Source of the DNA: an uncultured SAR86 cluster bacterium
GTDB taxonomy: Bacteria > Pseudomonadota > Gammaproteobacteria > Magnimaribacterales > D2472
Assembly: GCA_943788515.1 (NCBI GenBank)
Contig: CALSQM010000003.1
Coordinates: 87,228-151,227, forward strand
Reading direction: 5' to 3'
Length of the DNA: 64,000 nucleotides
The notes under the pieces are model-generated. The model ran no database searches. It saw only the letters and a list, made by a program, of their open reading frames with translations, and was not told where the DNA came from. Made by a program: the position numbers and the translations under genes. Shown in pieces: positions 18,292-27,547 of the stretch. The first letter of the stretch is position 1. Each line of letters begins with the position of its first letter.

Positions 18292-20637
18292 ATGAGAACA
18301 ATGAAGATGTTTTTACTATACCTCTTTTACCTTTTAAGCTCTTTATTAATATTGTTATTTATCTTTTATTGTTTAATAGTATTTAAGCCTAATGCAGCTT
18401 CAAAAGTGCTCGATACTTTTTTAATACCAGAATATTCATTAGATATTAAAGCAATAAGTTCAAATAATTCTTTGCTAGCTCCACATTTTGTTTTAAAAGA
18501 AATTAAAGTTTTTAATTCAAATCAGTTAGAAATACTCTCAATACCCAATATAACTTTTGGAATAAATGTATTTCAATCTTTATCTAATGGATATGTCAAC
18601 CTTTCAATATTAGAGATTGACTCATTTATAACTCAAAAAGGAAGCCCGAATAAGCAAACCAAGCCAATTTTCATAAAAGGGCGCAGACTTAAAATAAACA
18701 ATAAAAACCTACAAATCTCCTCATCATATTTTGAGATTAATATCACCAAGTTTCATTCAACGGTTATATTCAAGGATGGGTTTATAAATTCATACCCATA
18801 TACCAACATTCATGCCTTTATCGATGGCAATTCAAACGATATATTTTATTCTAGCAAGCATTTTTTTAATGAGGCCTCTTTACAGAGCACCAATTTATTT
18901 GATCTATCATCCTTTAAAAAGAATAAGATAAATTTAAACTTAAATACTAAAGGTATATACAATTTTAAGACCAAGAAATCTCAAAGGTTTGATAAGCTTA
19001 TTTTTAATGACACAATGCTTGAAAATAATTCTGGTTTCAAGACAGAAAATATTAATGCGACTTTATTTTCCGCTATAGATAAATCAATTCATGGTTTATT
19101 TAGAGCCAACATTCCAGATCAACAAATAGAAGGAAGCATTTCCTTTAGTCAGAAGGATGATCTAAAAATACGATCAAATATATCAATAGATATGTCTAAA
19201 ATAATGCCAAAAAATCAATACTTCTCTCTCTCTGGAGAGGAGAATTTTAAAATATTGATGACGGTTAAAAAAAATCAAACCTCAATGGACCTTTTTACAA
19301 ATCTTATTAATACATCAATAAAGTCAAGTCTCAAAGATTTATATAAACCAATAAATGAGATTTTAAAAACATCAATTCAGATCGAAGATATGTCTGAAGC
19401 CTCATATCTTATAAAAAATAAGAAAATTTATTCGTTTATAGATAAAAATAATAATGGGTTTTTTGCTTTTGGAAACTCTTTCAACACTGATCTTAAAACA
19501 GATAAGTTTAATGATGGATTTTATATATATCTGAATCTAAATGAACTAAATTTAGATGATATTTTTTATACCCAATCAGATAAAAGCGGTGGAATGACTT
19601 TAAGGGAGATTAAAATAAAGACCAAAAAATTTAATTTCCTAAATAATTTATATGCTGACCAGTCAATAAATATTTTATTCAAAGATGAAATAGAGGCTAA
19701 GCTTTTTGGAAAAGATTTAAATGGAACTATTAATGTCGACAAAACAAATTTTATTAAAATTAATTTAAGCAAAACTAAATTTAATTTCAAAGGTTTTGAT
19801 ATCGCCAAAAGTGAATTTGCCTCAGATTTTAATAATATCAACCTCAGATTTATTGGAAAAGATATACAAACAGAGGACGAGCTATTTCAGGACATTGATT
19901 TTTATCTTCTTAGAAATAAAAATATTTTAACCATTGATGATATTAAGATTGACAGCCAAAGATTCACAATAGGCCCCAATGCAGATAATGAAAAAGCATA
20001 TATAAGCTATAACAACGAGAATGATCTATATAAGCTCAGAGGGAACTATAAATTAGATAACTCATCGGGTTATTTTAATAATATATTTAATTATGATTTT
20101 GATCTTCTTGAAACAAATTTAAATATTCAATGGAATAGCTTAAGTTCATTGGTGAATTTAGAGGGCGAACTTAGTTTTTTGATTAAAGATTTAAATATTA
20201 ATAGAGAAATACCTGATTCAACTCTCTTAAGAGCCTTAAAAATATTAAATCTAAATGCTATCGTTGAGGGGTTAGATGGATCCCCTGATAGTTCTTTATT
20301 TATTAGTAGAGCGGCTGGCAATATGATTATAAGTAAAACAAGAGCACTAATCAGCTCCCCAATAAAAATTGAGACCACTGAGGCTAGCATGAGATGGGTT
20401 GGCGAAATACTTAAAAATAATAAAGGCGAGCTTAATGACTTAAATTTAGACTTGGCAATGAGATTAAAAATTTCTGAGAATATTCCTTGGTATGCAGCAA
20501 TTTTTGGAGGCATACCAGCTCTCGCAGGTGGAGTTGTTTTAGAGAATATTTTTGAAAATGTTATAGAGGATGCATCTACTATTAATTTTAAAATGCAAGG
20601 AACTATAGAGGAGCCTGACCTTGTTAGGCTAAATTAA
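18292..20637 (+). CDS. YhdP/AsmA-like beta-groove phospholipid-bridge protein, shortened (781 aa)
   Basis: N-terminal TM anchor, beta-rich body, C-terminal NIPWYAAIFGGIPALAGG...GTIEEP resembling AsmA2; yhdP position after mreD. Confidence 0.7.
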   Translation: MRTMKMFLLYLFYLLSSLLILLFIFYCLIVFKPNAASKVLDTFLIPEYSLDIKAISSNNSLLAPHFVLKEIKVFNSNQLEILSIPNITFGINVFQSLSNGYVNLSILEIDSFITQKGSPNKQTKPIFIKGRRLKINNKNLQISSSYFEINITKFHSTVIFKDGFINSYPYTNIHAFIDGNSNDIFYSSKHFFNEASLQSTNLFDLSSFKKNKINLNLNTKGIYNFKTKKSQRFDKLIFNDTMLENNSGFKTENINATLFSAIDKSIHGLFRANIPDQQIEGSISFSQKDDLKIRSNISIDMSKIMPKNQYFSLSGEENFKILMTVKKNQTSMDLFTNLINTSIKSSLKDLYKPINEILKTSIQIEDMSEASYLIKNKKIYSFIDKNNNGFFAFGNSFNTDLKTDKFNDGFYIYLNLNELNLDDIFYTQSDKSGGMTLREIKIKTKKFNFLNNLYADQSINILFKDEIEAKLFGKDLNGTINVDKTNFIKINLSKTKFNFKGFDIAKSEFASDFNNINLRFIGKDIQTEDELFQDIDFYLLRNKNILTIDDIKIDSQRFTIGPNADNEKAYISYNNENDLYKLRGNYKLDNSSGYFNNIFNYDFDLLETNLNIQWNSLSSLVNLEGELSFLIKDLNINREIPDSTLLRALKILNLNAIVEGLDGSPDSSLFISRAAGNMIISKTRALISSPIKIETTEASMRWVGEILKNNKGELNDLNLDLAMRLKISENIPWYAAIFGGIPALAGGVVLENIFENVIEDASTINFKMQGTIEEPDLVRLN

Positions 20638-21969
20638 AAATATTGTTGCCAAACCTAAGAATGAAAGAAAGCCCACAACGTCGGTTACTGTTGTCACTAC
20701 AACACTTCCAGCAATAGCTGGGTCTTGTTTAAAATGCCTCAAGATAAGAGGAACAAAAACCCCAGCTAATACAGAGCTAATAAGATTAATAATTAGAGCG
20801 CATGAAATAAGGATTGATAAAATAATCTCATTAAACCAAATATAGGTTGCAGCACCAACAAGGATAGATAAAACAATACCATTTAAGATAGATACAGCTA
20901 GTTCTCTTTTAAGAAGCCATCTTAAGTTTGATGAACTTATTTGTTCTAATGTTAATCCTCTTAAAACTATTGTGAGTGTTTGCGTTGCTGCTACCCCACC
21001 CATGCTTGCAACTATAGGCATCAGGACTGCTAAATAGATAATTTGATCTAATGTATCTTTAAAAATATTTATCGTCATTGATGCAATAAAGGCTGTCAAT
21101 AAATTCATACTCAACCAAAAAACCCTACTTTTTGCAGCTCTCCCTGGAGGCGCAAAGGTATCTTCGGCTACACCCGCCATTCCTAAAATTTTTTGATCAG
21201 CATCCTCCCTAATAACATCGACCACGTCATCAATTGTTATTCTTCCAATTAGCTTTCCTGATTGATCTATAACAGCAGAAGAGACTAAGTCATTCCTTTC
21301 AAATAATATTGCAACATCTTTATCTTCTTGATCTACAACTATAGGCAGAATATTTGTATCCATTACCTCTCTTACGGTTAAAGTTAGCTTGCTCGTAATA
21401 ATTTTACTAATAGATAATTCACCAACATATTTATCTTCTTTTGATACAACAAAAATTTTGTCAGTATTCTTAGGGAGCTCATCTTGATCTCTTAGATAGT
21501 TAATTACTACCTCCATGGTATGGCTGGGCCTAACACTAATCACATCAGTATTTAAAAGACCTCCGGCTGTATCATCAGGATAGGTGAGGCCAAGTTCAAT
21601 TCTTTGCCTATCTCTAAGTGATATTTTAGATAGAATTTTTTTCATTCTACCCTCAGGGAGATTTTGCAGAATATCTACAACCTCATCCAGCTCTAATTCT
21701 TTTACAGCTTCGGCTAACTCATCATTAGAAATATTTGAAATAAGATCTTGTTGGATCTCTTCACCGAGATCTGAAAGAACGTCTCCTTCTTCATCAATTT
21801 CCAGTAAAGAAAATAGAAGAGATCTTTGTTTTGGAGGAGATGATTCAAGGGCATGAGCAATTTCAGAAGAAGACATTTTATTAAGGAGTCTTCTGATTTC
21901 ATTTAATGAAAGGTTAGAAGATTCATCTAAAATTATTTTTAGATTCCCTTGAATATCTAAGTTATCCAT
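20629..21969 (-). CDS. mgtE: Magnesium transporter MgtE
   Basis: YPDDTAGG, CBS pair, GRITIDD, MPIVASMGG, DPAIAG..VTT.TD. Confidence 0.96.
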   Translation of the reverse strand: MDNLDIQGNLKIILDESSNLSLNEIRRLLNKMSSSEIAHALESSPPKQRSLLFSLLEIDEEGDVLSDLGEEIQQDLISNISNDELAEAVKELELDEVVDILQNLPEGRMKKILSKISLRDRQRIELGLTYPDDTAGGLLNTDVISVRPSHTMEVVINYLRDQDELPKNTDKIFVVSKEDKYVGELSISKIITSKLTLTVREVMDTNILPIVVDQEDKDVAILFERNDLVSSAVIDQSGKLIGRITIDDVVDVIREDADQKILGMAGVAEDTFAPPGRAAKSRVFWLSMNLLTAFIASMTINIFKDTLDQIIYLAVLMPIVASMGGVAATQTLTIVLRGLTLEQISSSNLRWLLKRELAVSILNGIVLSILVGAATYIWFNEIILSILISCALIINLISSVLAGVFVPLILRHFKQDPAIAGSVVVTTVTDVVGFLSFLGLATIFLI

Positions 21970-21998
21970 GTATTAATTTTACATGAACTAAAAAAAAA

Positions 21999-23270
21999 TT
22001 ATCTATCTCTAGAAGAGGGAAAATTAAGTTTCTTTCTATATTTAGTGATTGTTCTTCTTGCTAGATTAAAACCTCTTTTATTCAACTCTAATGCAATCTT
22101 ATTATCACTTTTTGGATTTTTTTCTTCACTAATAATATTTTTAATAAGCTGCATCAGCTGAAGAGGTGTCACATTTCTTGTTTTAGAAACAGAGGACACT
22201 AAAAGTGATTTAAGAAGCATTATTCCTTTAGGGGTATCAATATATTTTGACCTCAATATTCTAGAAATAGTTGAAGGATGAAGGTTTAACTCTTCAGCAA
22301 GCTCCTTATTTGAAAGGGGGTTAATTTTTAAAGGGTTTTCTCCAAAAAAAGATATTTGTTTTTTACAAATAAGTTCTCCAACTTTAAAAATAGTATCATT
22401 CCTTTTTTTTACCGATGATATTAGCCATTTCGCATCTTGAATTTTTTCTGCCAACTCTTTATTTGGAATTTTTTTTAATTCTTGACTCATAGAATCTAGA
22501 AGATCTTCATCGATTTTAATTTTTGGAAAATTATCAGTAACAAAGTCTGAATACAATTCATTATTTTCAAGCCTTATTCTTATATCTGGTATTACAAAAT
22601 TTGTACGTTCAAAATTCAAACCAGGACTCAAATCGCATGATTTAATTTCGTGTATTGCTTTATCTATATTACCCACATCTAAGCCTTGAGAAACTAATTC
22701 TTTCCTTATATTGTCAAGGTCATCAGATTTACTTTGAAGCAATATATTTTCTGCAATATATTTAATTTTTTGTGGCAATTGCTTGCTTACAATCTGAATT
22801 TTTATGCACTCTCTAAAATTTCTAAAGCCTATTCCGGCTGGTTCAAGTTTATGTATAACATTCAAGAGGATATTTTCAATTTCATTAAAACTAAATTTAA
22901 AGTTCATTATAGATTTTAGATCATCTATTTCATCAATAAGCTGACCAGACTCATCTAAACTATCAATTATTGAAAGCGCTATTAGGCTTGAGTCTTTATC
23001 AAGACGTAAGTCAGTAATTTGCTTTATAAGGTTTTCTCTAAGGTTCTCAGAGGCAGCTATTTCAAAATCAAAGTCTTCACTATTACTAATTTTAAAATCA
23101 AAATCCTCCAATTCCTCTTTTTCTATGAATGGGTTTAACTCTATCTCACTTTCGATTTTTTGAATTAACTCGTACCTTGATAGATGAAGTAAATCAATGG
23201 ATTTTTTTAATAGAGGAGTTAAAGATACTTTTTGTGTTTGTTTAAATTCTTTAATTAGTGATATAGCCAT
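21999..23270 (-). CDS. rpoN: RNA polymerase sigma-54 factor
   Basis: Leu-rich region I, HPSTISR HTH, RpoN box ARRTITKYR; follows lptB. Confidence 0.95.
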   Translation of the reverse strand: MAISLIKEFKQTQKVSLTPLLKKSIDLLHLSRYELIQKIESEIELNPFIEKEELEDFDFKISNSEDFDFEIAASENLRENLIKQITDLRLDKDSSLIALSIIDSLDESGQLIDEIDDLKSIMNFKFSFNEIENILLNVIHKLEPAGIGFRNFRECIKIQIVSKQLPQKIKYIAENILLQSKSDDLDNIRKELVSQGLDVGNIDKAIHEIKSCDLSPGLNFERTNFVIPDIRIRLENNELYSDFVTDNFPKIKIDEDLLDSMSQELKKIPNKELAEKIQDAKWLISSVKKRNDTIFKVGELICKKQISFFGENPLKINPLSNKELAEELNLHPSTISRILRSKYIDTPKGIMLLKSLLVSSVSKTRNVTPLQLMQLIKNIISEEKNPKSDNKIALELNKRGFNLARRTITKYRKKLNFPSSRDR

Positions 23271-23273
23271 GAC

Positions 23274-23987
23274 TTAACTATACATATTGCCAAGATACAC
23301 TTTTTTAACCAAGTCATTATTTATTAGGTCTGCTTTAACACCTTTAGCAATGACTTGGCCTCTATTAACAACTATTGCATTATCACAAATATCGAGAGCT
23401 TCTCGAACATTATGGTCAGTAATTAGAATGGCGATACCTTTCTCTTTTAATGTTCTTAAAACATTTTTTATTTCATCTATTGCAATAGGATCAATTCCTG
23501 CAAATGGCTCATCTAAGAGAATTATTTTGGGAGAAGCGGCTAGTGTTCTTGCAATTTCTACTTTTCTTCGCTGCCCTCCAGAGAGTTGTCGTCCTTTTAA
23601 ATCTAATATTTTTTCAAGACTAAACTCTTCAATAGACTGGGTCATGAATTGAGATATTTTATTCTTTTCTTTAAATGATATTTCTGCCAAGCCATAAAGA
23701 TTTTCATACACAGTTAAATCTTGAAATATTGAAGGTTCTTGTGGAAGATATTTTATTCCCATATTCGATCTCTTGTGCATGGGCATGTTTGAAATATCAG
23801 CACCATTGAAAATGATTTCACCAGAATCTAATTTAATTAACCCAGCAATTAAATAAAATGTAGAAGTCTTACCTGCGCCATTAGGGCCTAACAACCCATT
23901 TACAGAACCAGGTTTTATTTCAAAACTAACTTTATCAACTATAGTCTTATCTTTTATTGATTTAGATATCTCATTTAAAGTTAGCAT
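23274..23987 (-). CDS. lptB: LPS export ABC transporter ATPase LptB
   Basis: GPNGAGKT, YLPQEPSIF, LSGGQRR, DEPFAGIDP, ITDHNVRE. Confidence 0.97.
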   Translation of the reverse strand: MLTLNEISKSIKDKTIVDKVSFEIKPGSVNGLLGPNGAGKTSTFYLIAGLIKLDSGEIIFNGADISNMPMHKRSNMGIKYLPQEPSIFQDLTVYENLYGLAEISFKEKNKISQFMTQSIEEFSLEKILDLKGRQLSGGQRRKVEIARTLAASPKIILLDEPFAGIDPIAIDEIKNVLRTLKEKGIAILITDHNVREALDICDNAIVVNRGQVIAKGVKADLINNDLVKKVYLGNMYS

Positions 23988-23999
23988 TATATTTTAACG

Positions 24000-24416
24000 T
24001 TATTCATTAGAGGTCATCTTTCCATTCTCAGGGTTAAATATAATTGAATTAGATGAGATATTTATATTGTCATAGTTCATTATCGCCTTTCCAATCAGTT
24101 GAACTTTGCTATTACTAAAAAAAATTATTTTGTTAGCACTGCCTTTAAAAATTTTAGAACCTTCCACAGAATTAATAGAGGAGGGCATCCCTTCTAAAGT
24201 TATAGTTTTATCTAATTCATTGTATATAGCAATATCCGATTTAAGAATTAACTTACCAGTATTCAACAATACATTATCTGAAAATATAATTTTATTTTTC
24301 GCTGGGGATACTATGATTGAAGTGGCATCTATTTCTAAATTATCAATATAAGATTCAGAGGACAGGCTTAGGATTAATAAAGTTGAGCAAATATATAAAA
24401 ATTTAAAATGATGCAA
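24000..24416 (-). CDS. lptA: LptA/OstA-family periplasmic LPS transport protein (divergent)
   Basis: Signal-like N-terminus, beta-jellyroll pattern, immediately upstream of lptB. Confidence 0.75.
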   Translation of the reverse strand: MHHFKFLYICSTLLILSLSSESYIDNLEIDATSIIVSPAKNKIIFSDNVLLNTGKLILKSDIAIYNELDKTITLEGMPSSINSVEGSKIFKGSANKIIFFSNSKVQLIGKAIMNYDNINISSNSIIFNPENGKMTSNE

Positions 24417-24417
24417 G

Positions 24418-25383
24418 TTATAAAATCCTTGCCTGAATTAAATCATGCATTGATAGAACTCCAATATTTTTGGCTCCCTTCATGACTACCAAGGTAAAAA
24501 TTTTATTTTTTTCCATTATTTCTGCAGCATCTATTGCAAGAGCAGAGCCTGCAATCGTTCTAAATTTTTTTGTCATTACATCTTTAATTTTAGTTGTATT
24601 AATATCTACTTTTTGATTCAAACATCTTCTTAGATCACCATCTGTAAAAATTCCAATTATTTTTGATTTATCTTCTACTAAAGTAATTCCGAGTCCTTTA
24701 TTGGTTATTTCTATAAGAGCTGCAGAAAGAAGTGTATTTTTATCTACTGATGGAATATCACTATCTTTATGCATAATATGCTCCACTTGAGTTATTAGCT
24801 TCTTGCCTAATTTTCCTGCAGGATGTGAGCTTGCAAAATCATTTTTTGTGAACCCTTTTGATTCAAGAAGTGCTATAGCTAAAGCATCTCCAAATGCAAG
24901 AGCGGCAGTTGTTGAGGTGGTTGGAGCAAGACCTAAAGGACATGCTTCATCTTTGGTATCTAAGACTATTGAAATATCTGCAGATTTAGAGATAGTTGAG
25001 CTTCTCTTTCCTGTTAAAGATGATATTTTGTATGAAAGTCTCTTAAGAGAAGGGATTATATTGATAATTTCATCGGTCTCACCTGAATTTGATATTAATA
25101 AAACAATATCTTTTTTTTCTATCAGCCCCATATCGCCATGAGCGGCCTCTGTTGGGTGGATGAATACAGAACCAGTTCCAGTACTGGAAAGCGTTGCAGA
25201 TATCTTTTGACCTATATGACCTGATTTCCCAACACCCATAATTACAAACTTTCCATCACCAGTTCTAATTTCATCACACAGCCACTCAAAATTTTTATCA
25301 AGTTGAGTAGATAGTCTTTTAATAGCATCTGACTCTATTTTAAAAGTTCTTTTTGCTGATGCTATGTAATTAAATTTTTTCAT
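24418..25383 (-). CDS. kdsD: Arabinose-5-phosphate isomerase (SIS + CBS domains)
   Basis: GVGKSGHIG, HPTEAAHGDMG, EACPLGLAPTTST, HPAG.LG. Confidence 0.96.
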   Translation of the reverse strand: MKKFNYIASAKRTFKIESDAIKRLSTQLDKNFEWLCDEIRTGDGKFVIMGVGKSGHIGQKISATLSSTGTGSVFIHPTEAAHGDMGLIEKKDIVLLISNSGETDEIINIIPSLKRLSYKISSLTGKRSSTISKSADISIVLDTKDEACPLGLAPTTSTTAALAFGDALAIALLESKGFTKNDFASSHPAGKLGKKLITQVEHIMHKDSDIPSVDKNTLLSAALIEITNKGLGITLVEDKSKIIGIFTDGDLRRCLNQKVDINTTKIKDVMTKKFRTIAGSALAIDAAEIMEKNKIFTLVVMKGAKNIGVLSMHDLIQARIL

Positions 25384-25423
25384 ATATTTTCTGACGATTG
25401 CTGAATTTTTATTAATGTCTCAA

Positions 25424-25432
25424 TGGTATAAT
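25424..25432 (+). promoter_or_regulatory. Extended -10 promoter (TGgTATAAT) for a probable leaderless mlaC transcript
   Basis: TATAAT at 25427-25432 ends 6 nt before the ATG at 25439. Confidence 0.6.
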
Positions 25433-25438
25433 AGACCA

Positions 25439-26071
25439 ATGTTAAAAGTACGTAAAAATTTTTTATATTTATTATTAGTTTCGCTGTCAACTAATAATAT
25501 CTTATCTGAAGAAGACCCATACATATTTATCGATAAAAATGCTCAACAAATGGTTGTTGTTCTTACAGAGAATAAGAACTTATTTTTAGATGACAGGTCA
25601 GCTTATGAAGATAAAATTAAAGAAATTTTTGAACCGATGATAGATTTTAAAAGAGTCGCTGCTGGTGTTATGGGTAGGAAGCATTATATGAAAGCTTCAC
25701 CTGACCAAAGAAATGAATTTGTTGACGTATTTCGAAACTCACTGCTGGATACTTATTCAGAAACGCTCGCACAATGGGAAAATCAAGATATAGACACTAT
25801 CTTTCCAGAAACTAAAGATTTTATAGATAAAAAAAGTATTGAAGTAAGACAAATACTAAACACTGGAAGCAGCAAATATCCCATCTCATATAAACTTAGA
25901 AAGAATAAAGATGGATCGTGGATGATTATTAATATAATTGTTAATGGAGTTAATCTTGGGCTAACTTTTAAAAATCAATTTCAAGCATTGGCTATAAAGA
26001 ATAATGGTGATATTGAAAAAACTCTTGATGGCTGGGTATCAGATGCTGGGGATGCTGGAATAAGTGGATAA
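25439..26071 (+). CDS. mlaC: MlaC/Ttg2D periplasmic phospholipid-binding protein
   Basis: Signal peptide, PMIDF...VMG..Y..AS..Q...F, W.I.NIIVNGVNLG..F..QF. Confidence 0.9.
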   Translation: MLKVRKNFLYLLLVSLSTNNILSEEDPYIFIDKNAQQMVVVLTENKNLFLDDRSAYEDKIKEIFEPMIDFKRVAAGVMGRKHYMKASPDQRNEFVDVFRNSLLDTYSETLAQWENQDIDTIFPETKDFIDKKSIEVRQILNTGSSKYPISYKLRKNKDGSWMIINIIVNGVNLGLTFKNQFQALAIKNNGDIEKTLDGWVSDAGDAGISG

Positions 26072-26282
26072 AAGCTTAATACAAGAAATTATTCTTCAGA
26101 GGATCCCAGATGCTCAATGTTCTTTTGTTGGAGATACATGTAATTTAAAGCTTGTTGTATCGTCTGAAGCTTTTAAAGGATTATCTCTTATAGAACAACA
26201 TAAGCTAGTCTTAAACTCTTTAAAAGAAAAGTTTGAATCTGGATCTCTGCACGCGTTAAGTTTAGAAACTAAATCAGGCTAA
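26064..26282 (+). CDS. BolA/IbaG-family protein
   Basis: VVSSEAF.GLSLIEQHKLV...LHALSL; directly upstream of murA. Confidence 0.9.
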   Translation: MDKSLIQEIILQRIPDAQCSFVGDTCNLKLVVSSEAFKGLSLIEQHKLVLNSLKEKFESGSLHALSLETKSG

Positions 26283-26287
26283 TAAAA

Positions 26288-27547
26288 ATGGAAAAACTCT
26301 TAATCAAAGGTGGTAAATCTCTTAAAGGAACGATCATGTGTGCAGGTGCAAAAAATGCAGCCTTACCAATGATAGCTGCAACTATATTGTCTTCTGAGAG
26401 CATTGTTCTTAAAAATTTACCTTATCTTCAAGACATAACCACTATGTTTGAGTTACTAGGTTCTATGGGAGCAGAGATCATTCTTAATGAAAATATGGAT
26501 TTTAAAATTTCTTCTAATAACCTTTCAGATACAGAGGCAAGGTACGAGCTTGTTAAGACAATGAGAGCATCCATCTTGGTTTTAGGACCTCTGGTTGCAA
26601 AGCATGGAAAAGCAAGAATTGCTTTGCCAGGCGGTTGTGCTATTGGTTCTAGACCAGTGAATTTTCACCTTGATGCTTTAGAGCAACTTGGAGCAAAAAT
26701 TGTTCTTAGGAATGGCTATATAGAAGCAACTGCTGATCGGCTTATTGGTTCCAAAATTAGGTTTGATGGCGTTACTGTTACTGGTACAGAGAATATTATG
26801 ATGGCTGCATGTTTAGCAAAGGGCATCACCCATTTAACAAATGTTGCCAAAGAGCCAGAGATCGAAGATTTAGCTAACTTACTTAATGCAATGGGAGCAA
26901 ATATTCAAGGAGCTGGTACAGAAGAAATTATTATAAACGGCGTTGAGGAGCTTAATGGAACATCATTTAGCATTCCTGCAGATAGGATAGAGGCTGGAAC
27001 TTATTTAGTTGCAGCTGCTGTTACCAATGGCAGTATTCTCGTTAATGGTATTAATCCACAAAGACTAACAAAAGTGATTCAAAAACTAGAGGAATCAGGT
27101 GCAACAATTTCTACTACCAAAGATTCCATTTCCTTATCAATGGAAAATAAAAAGTTAAAACCAGTTGACATAACCACAGCACCCTTTCCAGAATTTCCTA
27201 CAGATATGCAAGCTCAGTTTTCTGTAATGAATGCAATTGCAAATGGAACATCAAATATATATGAAACTGTTTTTGAAAATAGGTTTATGCATATCCAAGA
27301 ATTAAATAGAATGGGATGTGACATTAAGATTAATGGGAATCAAGCAATCATTAAGGGCGTTGACAATTTGTATGGTGCAGAAGTTATGGCTACTGATCTA
27401 AGGGCCTCAGCAAGTCTTATATTGGCAGGCTTGTGTGCATCCGGGCAAACTATTGTGAGTAGGATTTATCATATTGATAGAGGATATGAAAGAATTGAAG
27501 AAAAGCTTAATTATTTGGGAGCTGAGATTTTAAGATTGCCTAGTTAA
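26288..27547 (+). CDS. murA: UDP-N-acetylglucosamine 1-carboxyvinyltransferase
   Basis: GAKNAALP, RASILVLGPL, LPGGCAIGSRP, PTDMQAQ. Confidence 0.98.
   Translation: MEKLLIKGGKSLKGTIMCAGAKNAALPMIAATILSSESIVLKNLPYLQDITTMFELLGSMGAEIILNENMDFKISSNNLSDTEARYELVKTMRASILVLGPLVAKHGKARIALPGGCAIGSRPVNFHLDALEQLGAKIVLRNGYIEATADRLIGSKIRFDGVTVTGTENIMMAACLAKGITHLTNVAKEPEIEDLANLLNAMGANIQGAGTEEIIINGVEELNGTSFSIPADRIEAGTYLVAAAVTNGSILVNGINPQRLTKVIQKLEESGATISTTKDSISLSMENKKLKPVDITTAPFPEFPTDMQAQFSVMNAIANGTSNIYETVFENRFMHIQELNRMGCDIKINGNQAIIKGVDNLYGAEVMATDLRASASLILAGLCASGQTIVSRIYHIDRGYERIEEKLNYLGAEILRLPS

Noticed and set aside
21970..21998. Mg2+ riboswitch upstream of mgtE
   Set aside because: Only 29 nt separate the rpoN stop from the mgtE start, too little for an M-box.
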